Assembly (NCBI GenBank): GCA_046318155.1
Contig: JBKCUU010000084.1
Span: forward strand, 1 to 17,920
Direction: 5' to 3'
Source of the DNA: Bdellovibrio sp.
GTDB lineage: Bacteria > Bdellovibrionota > Bdellovibrionia > Bdellovibrionales > Bdellovibrionaceae
DNA: 17,920 bases
Below are positions 7,313 to 14,629 of the stretch, piece after piece. How positions within the stretch are numbered: the first letter of the stretch is position 1; each line of letters opens with the position of its first letter. Below the pieces are notes generated by a model. That model worked only from the letters and a program-made list of their open reading frames with translations. It ran no database searches and had not been told where the DNA came from. Made by a program: the position numbers and the translations under genes.

Positions 7313-8263
7313 ATGATGCGTGATTTTTACCCCGAAATCTCTCCGTTCAACCAAGGGCGTCTGAAGGTGTCCGACCTGCACGAAATCGCCTATGAAGAAG
7401 TCGGCAATCCCAAGGGCCAGCCGGTCGTTTTTCTGCACGGCGGCCCCGGCGGCGGCATCAGCACCGATCACCGGCGTTATTTCGATCCAAAGCATTACCG
7501 GGTCGTCCTCTTCGACCAACGCGGCTGCGGTCAAAGCACCCCCTTTGCTGAACTTGAAGGCAACACGACCTGGGATTTGGTCGCCGATATCGAGAAACTC
7601 AGAACCCTTCTCGGGATCGACACCTGGATGGTTTTTGGTGGCTCTTGGGGATCCACCCTGGCACTCACGTACGCCATTTCGCACCCTGAGCGAGTCAAAG
7701 CCCTTGCGCTTCGCGGGATCTTTTTGTGCCGTCCCTGTGAGATCAAATGGTTTTATCAAGAGGGCGCGAGCCACTTGTTTCCGGATTACTGGCAAGCCTA
7801 CCGTGATTTAATTCCTGAATCCGAACGCGGTGATTTTGTCAAAGCCTATCATCAACGTCTGACCTCAAAGGATGAAGCCCATCGGCTTGCGGCCGCACGG
7901 ACCTGGTCGCAGTGGGAAATGGCCACCAGTTATTTACATGTCAAAAAAGAAGCGATTGCTGAGATGCAAGATGCTGCTCGTGCGCTCCCGTTTGCGCGTA
8001 TCGAGGCGCACTACTTTATCAACAATGCGTTTTTTGAAACCAACAATTGGATTTTAGAAAACATCGACAAGATCCGCCACATTCCCGGTGTGATCGTCCA
8101 AGGTCGCTACGATGTCGTGTGCCCGGCAAAAAGCGCTTGGGACCTCCACCAAGCTTGGCCCGAGAGCCATTTGCGCCTCATCGCCGATGCTGGCCACTCG
8201 GCGGGCGAACCCGGAATCAAAAGTGCTCTGATCGAAACGATGGATGGATATCGCTCTCTTTAA
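7313..8263 (+). CDS. pip: Prolyl aminopeptidase (proline iminopeptidase, peptidase S33)
   Basis: HGGPGGG, FDQRGCGQSTP, NTTWDLVADIE, GGSWGS, LRGIFL, QGRYDVVCP, AGHS. SD GAGG before ATG 7313/7316. Confidence 0.97.
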   Translation: MMRDFYPEISPFNQGRLKVSDLHEIAYEEVGNPKGQPVVFLHGGPGGGISTDHRRYFDPKHYRVVLFDQRGCGQSTPFAELEGNTTWDLVADIEKLRTLLGIDTWMVFGGSWGSTLALTYAISHPERVKALALRGIFLCRPCEIKWFYQEGASHLFPDYWQAYRDLIPESERGDFVKAYHQRLTSKDEAHRLAAARTWSQWEMATSYLHVKKEAIAEMQDAARALPFARIEAHYFINNAFFETNNWILENIDKIRHIPGVIVQGRYDVVCPAKSAWDLHQAWPESHLRLIADAGHSAGEPGIKSALIETMDGYRSL

Positions 8264-8315
8264 AAGAGCACCAACAGAAACAGACTCCGCTGCTTTTAGA
8301 TTCGGTTAATCGAAA

Positions 8316-8333
8316 ATCAAAAAGAGTTTTGAT
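8316..8333. promoter_or_regulatory. Inverted repeat upstream of the protease gene
   Basis: ATCAAAA-AGAG-TTTTGAT, perfect 7-bp arms in the AT-rich 206-bp intergenic region. Confidence 0.3.
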
Positions 8334-8469
8334 AGATTGTAAGCGCCTTAAAACCCGCTCCCCGTGCGGATTCAACGGCGCCTTCGATCATGAACTCTTA
8401 TTTTGCAGATCAAAACATTCGACTTTTAAATCTAGTGGCGGTGCGCTTTGATTTCATTCGGGGGTACGA

Positions 8470-9372
8470 ATGAATTCACAAGAATGGGGACAACACACAC
8501 TGCAAAAACACTTGCGGGCGCTGACCTTAGGGCTCGCGCTGCTCGCAATCAATGTCGGTTGCTCGCAGGCGCCGCGAGGGCCGACGAGTCAAGGCGCTCA
8601 AAGCTTGAGTGAGAGCGCAGGTATTATCGGGGGCGAAAGTGTCGAAGCCGATGATCCGATTGCAACAAGCACGGTCGGAGTTATCGACCTCAAAGCCGGC
8701 GCTGTGATTTGTACCGGCTCGTTGATTGACAAAAACATTGTCGTGACGGCCGCGCACTGCACGTCTGAAAATCCACTTGAGCGCGGCATTTTGTTTTCAC
8801 GAAAAATTCCTCAGAACCAGGCCGAAGCGGCACAGATGCAAGCCCGCCGAGTGGTGGCCGGGCGCACCAGCCCCTTGTGGCCCAGACTGAATCCTTCAAA
8901 ACGCGACAACTGGGGTGACATAGCACTCTTGCGCTTTGTCGGCGATGTTCCCGAGGGATTTAAGCCCGCAAAAATTTTAACCAGGTCCTCAGCGCTCAAA
9001 GATGGCGGAGCGGCCTTGATCGCGGGTTTTGGCATCACGAATGGTCGACTCCAAACTCCCACGGATAAACTTCTTAAAACGGAAGTCACTCTTGCGCAGT
9101 CGAAGTTCTCGAGCAGCGAGGTTCTTTTTGACCAAACCAAAAAACGCGGGGCCTGCCATGGAGACTCGGGTGGACCGGCATTTGTGAAACTGGGGGAAGA
9201 GCTGCTCTTGTTCGGCGTAACCTCGCGCGGATTTCAAGATCCTGGAGACACCTGCGAACGTTTTGCCATTTACACCAACATGATCAGCTATGCGGCATGG
9301 ATCAAATCTACAATCACGGCGCTTAATCGCGTGACGAAGATCGAAAGAATTCCGCAACCCGCCGGGATGTGA
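8470..9372 (+). CDS. Trypsin-like (S1) serine protease, predicted lipoprotein
   Basis: Signal peptide ending NVGC, mature N-terminus IIGG, CTGSLI, TAAHC (His), DIALL (Asp), GDSGGP (Ser), GVTS. Confidence 0.95.
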   Translation: MNSQEWGQHTLQKHLRALTLGLALLAINVGCSQAPRGPTSQGAQSLSESAGIIGGESVEADDPIATSTVGVIDLKAGAVICTGSLIDKNIVVTAAHCTSENPLERGILFSRKIPQNQAEAAQMQARRVVAGRTSPLWPRLNPSKRDNWGDIALLRFVGDVPEGFKPAKILTRSSALKDGGAALIAGFGITNGRLQTPTDKLLKTEVTLAQSKFSSSEVLFDQTKKRGACHGDSGGPAFVKLGEELLLFGVTSRGFQDPGDTCERFAIYTNMISYAAWIKSTITALNRVTKIERIPQPAGM

Positions 9373-10126
9373 AGCGCGGATTGTCCAAAAAAATCCGGTG
9401 CGAGGCTTCGGGAACAATCCCGCAGCGGATGGTGTCAGCTTTAAGATCCGCCAGACCCGTGAGTAAAGCTAAAAATTTGGCATCTCGCTCGCCGGCCAGC
9501 CAAAACTGCGGCACAGGCCAAGCTCGCATCGCCTCTCGGTAATCGGGCTGAGCAGCAAGAGAAAAGGTGGTGAGCAATTGCGCCAGGACCACGCGTGAGT
9601 ACGTTCGCTCTTGACGCTCGGGTTCTTGCACGGAGTCTTTAAAAACACCTTGAGCTTGCCACTCAGTCATCAGGTTAGGCCAGGGTCTTTCAATAAACTT
9701 TCGCGACCAGGCTTCGTCCTGCGCGCGTCTTGTCGCCCTTTCTTTGGCAGCCATGGCAGACTCTTGTAAGGTCAAAGATTTCTTTGCCGGGTCTGGCAAA
9801 CCTGGGTGGGCTGACATCAAAACAAGTTTCGAAAAAAAATCAGGTTTCGAATCCGCCAAGGACAGCAACAGGCGGCCACCCAGTGAGTAGCCAATTGCAA
9901 ACACGCGAGAGGTGCCGGCCCATTTGTCCAAGTCTTCAAGGGTTGAGCGCGTCCAATCGAGCCAAGTCCCTTCGGGCGCAAACGCGGGGTCTTCACTGAC
10001 GGCGATGATCTTCACGTCTTCAAACCAAGGCATCTTCTTTTCGGCAAAAGCAGCCTCGAGAGAGGTGAGCCAGGCTTCAAAATCGCCTGCGGTTCCCAAA
10101 AAACCCGCGAGCACGACAAGCTTCAC
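9323..10126 (-). CDS. menH: SHCHC synthase MenH (alpha/beta hydrolase, ~267 aa)
   Basis: GYSLGGR, SAHPGL, R..RR..D..W, WQAQGVF, SLAAQPD, GERDAKF, ASH. GTGA overlap with the menD stop, with GGAG upstream. Confidence 0.85.
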   Translation of the reverse strand: MKLVVLAGFLGTAGDFEAWLTSLEAAFAEKKMPWFEDVKIIAVSEDPAFAPEGTWLDWTRSTLEDLDKWAGTSRVFAIGYSLGGRLLLSLADSKPDFFSKLVLMSAHPGLPDPAKKSLTLQESAMAAKERATRRAQDEAWSRKFIERPWPNLMTEWQAQGVFKDSVQEPERQERTYSRVVLAQLLTTFSLAAQPDYREAMRAWPVPQFWLAGERDAKFLALLTGLADLKADTIRCGIVPEASHRIFLDNPRFTSRRVAEFFRSSSRD

Positions 10127-11682
10127 AAGGCTCTCCACTCTTGATTAAAAAACTCGGACGATTTTTCTTCAGGAAAGATCTCAATGATCTGATCATGACT
10201 CAGTGATGAGGATTTAAAAATGCTCCCATCTTTGCTCGAAAGGTAATTCCATCCCCACATCGCAGCCCAAGGTTCAAAATTAATTTCATGACGGTTCAAA
10301 AACAAATCCCGTTTAAACAGCGGCCTAAATATCTGACCGCCAAAATTATTGATAATGCACAAGCGGCGACTTCGAGGGGCTAACGCCCTGGAGATCCAAG
10401 GCGCTGACAAATCGTAAAGCGCCGTTAAATCACCAATGAGCGCCCAAGCGGTGGGGCCCACCCCTTGCGACCATCCTAAAAACGACGAGATTTGCCCGTC
10501 GATCCCGTTTGCTCCGCGATTGGCCCACACGTTCGGCGCGGGCAGATCCCCGCTCACCAAATCCCATTCGCGAATCGGCAGGCTATTGCCGAGGTAAACA
10601 TGATCTTCGTGTGAAGCCAGTGCAAAATCACGCACAAGCGCCTGCTCGGACCGTGGATACTTTTGTAACAAAATCAAAAGCCGTTCGAACGTTTCTTGAT
10701 CACGGTCCAAAAAAGCAAACGACATGGGGTCACGAATCCGCAAATGAGCGAGATTCTCGATTCCCATTAAGTGCGAAACATCGCGGGCCAAGCCCGAAAA
10801 CTTTTGATTCGAACACGAGCTGACCGGAATTGACGAAAATTTTTCTTCGAGGTCACGCCAGAACCTGAGCGTGGGAACTCCGCCAAGCCTGAGCACGGAG
10901 CCGAGTACTTTTGATTGAAAGCCGTGCGGCAAGGTTTTTTCGGCGCAAAGAATTCGGCGCTTCCATGTCTGCGGCTCGAGCGTCAGGGCTGATGGCGCCT
11001 CGGGCACAAAGGGGACTTCATTTTGATTCAAAAAATCTTGAACCGATTTTTTTTCGTCTTCGTGTAACGGACCCACGATCACCACTGGTTTGGACAAGGT
11101 GAAGGCGTGTAAGTTTTGCTGCGGGTGACGAGAACTCGGTGGGGGTAATTGGTCAGAAGCACGAAGTGATTCTGTCGGCTGAAGCCCGCTCGGCTCTTCA
11201 AGGCACAGGTTCAGATGCAGCGGCAGCAGCTGACTCCAACCCGAAATCTCGACTTCGGCGCTTTCGCTCTCGAGATCCAGACACTTTTCCACATAACTGC
11301 TAAAAATTCCGACTTGTTCGATGGACTGTGGTGCGCCCGTTCCGCGAAAGCGCGAGGGCCGATCCGCTGAAAGCACCAGCAGTGGTAAGCCTTGGTAAAA
11401 GGCCTCGATCACCGCGGGCAAAGCCTCGGCAACGGCGGTTCCTGATGTCATCACAACGGCAACTGGGCGATTCAAAGAACGCATCCGACCGAGCGCAAAG
11501 AAAGCCGCGGACCGCTCGTCAAAAAATGGAAAGGTCCGAATGCCTTCGGTGATTTCGAGCTGAGCAATCAAGGGAGCATTGCGGGCGCCCGCACAGATGC
11601 AAAACTCGCGAACCCCTGCCGCCAAGACAGCGTTCAAAGTTTTCATCGTCAGTTTTAAGTTGTGCGCGGCCTTGGACTCCAT
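10123..11682 (-). CDS. menD: SEPHCHC synthase MenD (ThDP-dependent, ~519 aa)
   Basis: GARNAPL, FDERSAAFFALG, TSGTAVAE, SADRP, GAPQSIEQ, LGNSLPIR, NRGANGIDG, GDLTALYDL, INNFGGQIF. TGATG overlap with the menF stop places the start at 11682. Confidence 0.95.
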   Translation of the reverse strand: MESKAAHNLKLTMKTLNAVLAAGVREFCICAGARNAPLIAQLEITEGIRTFPFFDERSAAFFALGRMRSLNRPVAVVMTSGTAVAEALPAVIEAFYQGLPLLVLSADRPSRFRGTGAPQSIEQVGIFSSYVEKCLDLESESAEVEISGWSQLLPLHLNLCLEEPSGLQPTESLRASDQLPPPSSRHPQQNLHAFTLSKPVVIVGPLHEDEKKSVQDFLNQNEVPFVPEAPSALTLEPQTWKRRILCAEKTLPHGFQSKVLGSVLRLGGVPTLRFWRDLEEKFSSIPVSSCSNQKFSGLARDVSHLMGIENLAHLRIRDPMSFAFLDRDQETFERLLILLQKYPRSEQALVRDFALASHEDHVYLGNSLPIREWDLVSGDLPAPNVWANRGANGIDGQISSFLGWSQGVGPTAWALIGDLTALYDLSAPWISRALAPRSRRLCIINNFGGQIFRPLFKRDLFLNRHEINFEPWAAMWGWNYLSSKDGSIFKSSSLSHDQIIEIFPEEKSSEFFNQEWRAL

Positions 11683-12785
11683 CAAGGCAGACCCAACAAC
11701 GAAAACAGGGTGCGGCGTTTGACCGCAAGCTCGTGCCACTCCCGCTCAAGTTCAGAGGTGGCGACCAAGCCGCAACCCGACGGCACGCGAGAGCCATTTT
11801 CGTCCCACAATATCGAGCGGATCGCCACCAGGGCGAGCGTCTCGTCATTCGAGAGACTGAACAAAATCGGCGCGCCAAAAAGTCCGCGGTCTTTTTGGTC
11901 CGGCAATTCACGCAGCCATTGAAATCCGTAGGCCCTGGGAGCTACGCCTAGGGCCGGTGTCGGGTGAAGCAGCCGCACCAACTCGGGATCGCGCTTGGCG
12001 CAGCCACTGACTTCAAATTTAGTTTTTAGATGAAACAGTGTGGGCAGCTCAAGAACTTCGGTGTCATGTTTTTTGAGCCAACCCAAAGGCTTCAATCGCG
12101 CCATCAAGTCATTGATGACGAGCTCATGCTCGCGCATCTCTTTGGGATCTTTCAGCAAAGGCGTTCGCGTGGCTGCATCTTCTTTGGGCATCGAGCCCGC
12201 CAGGGCCATCGTCTGAACAACCATCGATTTGCGGTGAAACAAAACTTCAGGTGTGGCGCCCAACAAACCGCGCCCCTCATGCCAATAGCCGTAGGCATGC
12301 AAATCAATCGGAAGCGAAAGCATCTTGAGCATTCCGCCCAAAACATCTTCATTCAAAGGTTTGGCGCTGGATCTGGCCACCGCAATGGGAACAGCTTTTT
12401 CGATTTCACCCCGTTGAATTTTGCCTTGAATTATTTGAAAACCGACTTCAAAGGCGGCCTTATCGGGCTCCTGAAAACCGGCTTGAACCCACTGCGTGCC
12501 AGTTCCAAGTCCTGGCTCTAGAAACCGAATCAAATCGCCGCGACTAAACTCGCGAACTTCTGTCGCTTGAAAGCTTTTCAGCTCACTCGCAAAGAACTCC
12601 TGAAAAGCCAAATGAAAACCCTCAAGTGCGCCGTCAGCAAGAGGCTTCCAGGGACCCCAATACAAACGAAATCTGTCAGGCGACAGTCGGTAAAAAGCGC
12701 CTGAATTCAAGAACCTAGCTAAATCAGGGGGGATTTTATCATTTGTGATCGAGCTTGCCATCGTGGCGGACTCCGAGACCGACAT
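11682..12785 (-). CDS. menF: Isochorismate synthase (chorismate-binding MST family)
   Basis: IEKAV, GATPEVL, MALAGS, KEMREHELV, HLKT, LHPTPALG, RGLFGAP, VAIRS, GCGLV..S..EREW.E..K. SD GGGAG. Directly upstream of menD. Confidence 0.9.
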   Translation of the reverse strand: MSVSESATMASSITNDKIPPDLARFLNSGAFYRLSPDRFRLYWGPWKPLADGALEGFHLAFQEFFASELKSFQATEVREFSRGDLIRFLEPGLGTGTQWVQAGFQEPDKAAFEVGFQIIQGKIQRGEIEKAVPIAVARSSAKPLNEDVLGGMLKMLSLPIDLHAYGYWHEGRGLLGATPEVLFHRKSMVVQTMALAGSMPKEDAATRTPLLKDPKEMREHELVINDLMARLKPLGWLKKHDTEVLELPTLFHLKTKFEVSGCAKRDPELVRLLHPTPALGVAPRAYGFQWLRELPDQKDRGLFGAPILFSLSNDETLALVAIRSILWDENGSRVPSGCGLVATSELEREWHELAVKRRTLFSLLGLP

Positions 12786-12824
12786 AAAAAACTCCCATCT
12801 GAAGGTTTCCCTTTACTTGAGATA

Positions 12825-12833
12825 TGCTATAAA
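12825..12833 (+). promoter_or_regulatory. Extended -10 promoter candidate for the DAHP synthase-ubiE operon
   Basis: TGcTATAAA in the menF/aroF divergent intergenic region. No clear -35 element. Confidence 0.35.
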
Positions 12834-12874
12834 TCTTTAGCTCCGACTAGCAACTGAAAGTGGGATCGACAAGC

Positions 12875-13741
12875 ATGAAAGACCACGTCCCCTCAATCGA
12901 GGTGCATCTGAAATCCGAACTGGCGCCAGCGTCAAGCCCCTTGGCATCAACGACCAAGCCTGTCAGAGTCGGGAATGTCGTGATTGGCGGACCTGCGTTT
13001 GCCTTGATTGCCGGCCCTTGCTCCATCGAAAGTCGAGAGCAGTTTTTTGAAACGGCGACGGCAGTCAAAAAATCCGGCGCAGTTCTCCTTCGCGGCGGCA
13101 TTTGGAAAATGCGCACGAGCTTTCAATCTTTTCAAGGTTTAGGACCTGAGGCCGTAAGCTTCATCCGTGAAGTTTTGGATTACACCGGTTTGCAACTCGT
13201 CTCTGAGATTACAGATCCCCGCCAAGTTGAACTTTTGGACCCACTCGTCGGGATGTACCAAGTCGGTGCCCGCAATATGTACAACTATGCCCTTCTCAAA
13301 GAGCTCGGCCAAACGCGCAAGCCAGTTTTACTCAAACGCGGTTTCTCCGCTTTGGTTGATGAATGGATCAAAGCGGCCGAGTACATCAGCATGGGCGGCA
13401 ACGACCAGATCATTCTTTGCGAACGCGGGATCCGAACTTTTGAAACATCGACGCGCAATACTTTTGATCTGAATGCCGTCCTGGTGGCAAAATCTCGAAC
13501 CAACTTTCCTGTCATCGTGGATCCTTCGCATGCTGTTGGGATTCGCGAGTACGTGCCCAAACTTGCACTCGCCGCGGCCGTGGCCGGTGCCGATGGCTTG
13601 ATCGTCGAAGTTCACCCGCGTCCAGCCGACGCGTTGTCGGATGGCTTTCAAGCACTGACGATCTTGGATTTCCAAAAACTGTCACATGACCTTGAACGCG
13701 TCCTCGGTGCCTTGGACCGAGCAATATTGAAGCCGGTTTAA
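12875..13741 (+). CDS. aroF: 3-deoxy-7-phosphoheptulonate (DAHP) synthase, class I-beta, catalytic barrel only (~288 aa)
   Basis: IAGPCSIES, LRGGIWKMRTS..SFQGLG, QVGARNMYN, PVLLKRG, LCERGIRTFE, DPSH, IVEVHPRP..ALSDG.Q. Start ATG 12875; alternative GTG 12860. Confidence 0.92.
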   Translation: MKDHVPSIEVHLKSELAPASSPLASTTKPVRVGNVVIGGPAFALIAGPCSIESREQFFETATAVKKSGAVLLRGGIWKMRTSFQSFQGLGPEAVSFIREVLDYTGLQLVSEITDPRQVELLDPLVGMYQVGARNMYNYALLKELGQTRKPVLLKRGFSALVDEWIKAAEYISMGGNDQIILCERGIRTFETSTRNTFDLNAVLVAKSRTNFPVIVDPSHAVGIREYVPKLALAAAVAGADGLIVEVHPRPADALSDGFQALTILDFQKLSHDLERVLGALDRAILKPV

Positions 13742-14472
13742 TGCAAATGCAAAAGCAAACCGAAAAACCAACTGTGCAGGCTGAAAAAATCCGCTCGATG
13801 TTTGCCAAAGTGGCTTCGCGCTATGATTCGGCCAATCAGGTTCTGTCTTTTGGCGTACATCACTTGTGGCGCAAAAAATTGGTTAAGCTCTCGCGCGCGC
13901 AGATCGGCGAAGCGGTTCTGGACTGCGCCACCGGAACTGGTGATTTGGCGATCGAGTTCAAAAAAACAGTGGGCCCTTCTGGTTCAGTGATAGGGACAGA
14001 TTTTTGCGCCGAGATGCTCACGCCGGCGCCTGGCAAATCCGAAAAACGGGGTCTCGACATTCGATTTGAACAAGCCGATGTCACCGCTTTGCCTTATCAA
14101 GATCAGTCCTTTGACGTTGTTAGTATTTCTTTTGGCATCCGCAATGTCGAAAACCCACTGAGAGGTTTGTCAGAAATGGCCCGGGTTCTAAAACCCGGCG
14201 GACGCTTGGTGGTGCTTGAGTTTGGTAAAGCAAACCTCCCGGTGTTTTCGCAATTTTATAATTTTTATTCTGAACGTATTCTGCCTAAAATTGGCGGACT
14301 GGTAACGGGACAGAAAGAGGCTTACGAGTATTTGCAAAAATCTTCGGCCGCATTTCCTTGCCGCGAAGAGTTTTTGTCTTTGATGGACAAAACGGGGCAG
14401 CTCAAAAACATGCGTTACTGGTCTCTCACGGGCGGCATCGCCTACATCTACCTCGGCGAAAAGAAAATTTAA
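13741..14472 (+). CDS. ubiE: Demethylmenaquinone/ubiquinone C-methyltransferase UbiE/MenG
   Basis: MF..VA.RYD..N..LSFG.HHLWR, VLDCATGTGDLA (SAM motif I), SFGIRNV, EMARVLKPGG, AYEYL..S...FP. TAATG overlap with the aroF stop. Confidence 0.96.
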   Translation: MQMQKQTEKPTVQAEKIRSMFAKVASRYDSANQVLSFGVHHLWRKKLVKLSRAQIGEAVLDCATGTGDLAIEFKKTVGPSGSVIGTDFCAEMLTPAPGKSEKRGLDIRFEQADVTALPYQDQSFDVVSISFGIRNVENPLRGLSEMARVLKPGGRLVVLEFGKANLPVFSQFYNFYSERILPKIGGLVTGQKEAYEYLQKSSAAFPCREEFLSLMDKTGQLKNMRYWSLTGGIAYIYLGEKKI

Positions 14473-14497
14473 GCGCAAGTTGGTCACTCAGCAAAAA

Positions 14498-14514
14498 ATG
14501 AGGACACGCCTCAT
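14498..14514. terminator. Small hairpin after ubiE, possible terminator
   Basis: ATGAGG-ACACG-CCTCAT, preceded by an A run and followed by a loosely T-rich tract. Confidence 0.35.
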
Positions 14515-14557
14515 ACGTTTCGCTTTTCTTGTGGGCCCCCTTTACTTCGCAATTGGG

Positions 14558-14572
14558 GTCTCATTTTAAGAC
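14558..14572. promoter_or_regulatory. Near-palindromic operator-like site GTCTCA-N3-TAAGAC
   Basis: One mismatch from perfect GTCTCA-N3-TGAGAC, ~20 bp upstream of the sigma28-like promoter of the adhesin gene. Confidence 0.4.
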
Positions 14573-14593
14573 AGGCCTTTGGTCTTGAATTGG

Positions 14594-14621
14594 TGAAGAT
14601 TTCGACCGCTCAAGCCGATAA
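14594..14621 (+). promoter_or_regulatory. Candidate sigma28 (FliA) promoter for the adhesin gene
   Basis: Perfect -10 GCCGATAA at 14614-14621. The -35-like TGAAGATT lies 12 nt upstream (consensus TAAAGTTT-N11). GTG start is 8 nt downstream. Confidence 0.5.
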
Positions 14622-14629
14622 GATCACTA

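Noticed and set aside
8047..8451. 134-aa + strand ORF spanning the pip end and the intergenic region
   Set aside because: Out-of-frame overlap with pip, starts at TTG, and has no motifs.
11683..11739. N-terminal extension of menD
   Set aside because: It lies inside menF; the TGATG coupling places the start at 11682.
11682..12785. Siderophore (EntC/PchA) or anthranilate synthase role for the chorismate-binding enzyme
   Set aside because: It is coupled to menD and menH, and there is no NRPS, entB/entA or glutamine amidotransferase nearby.
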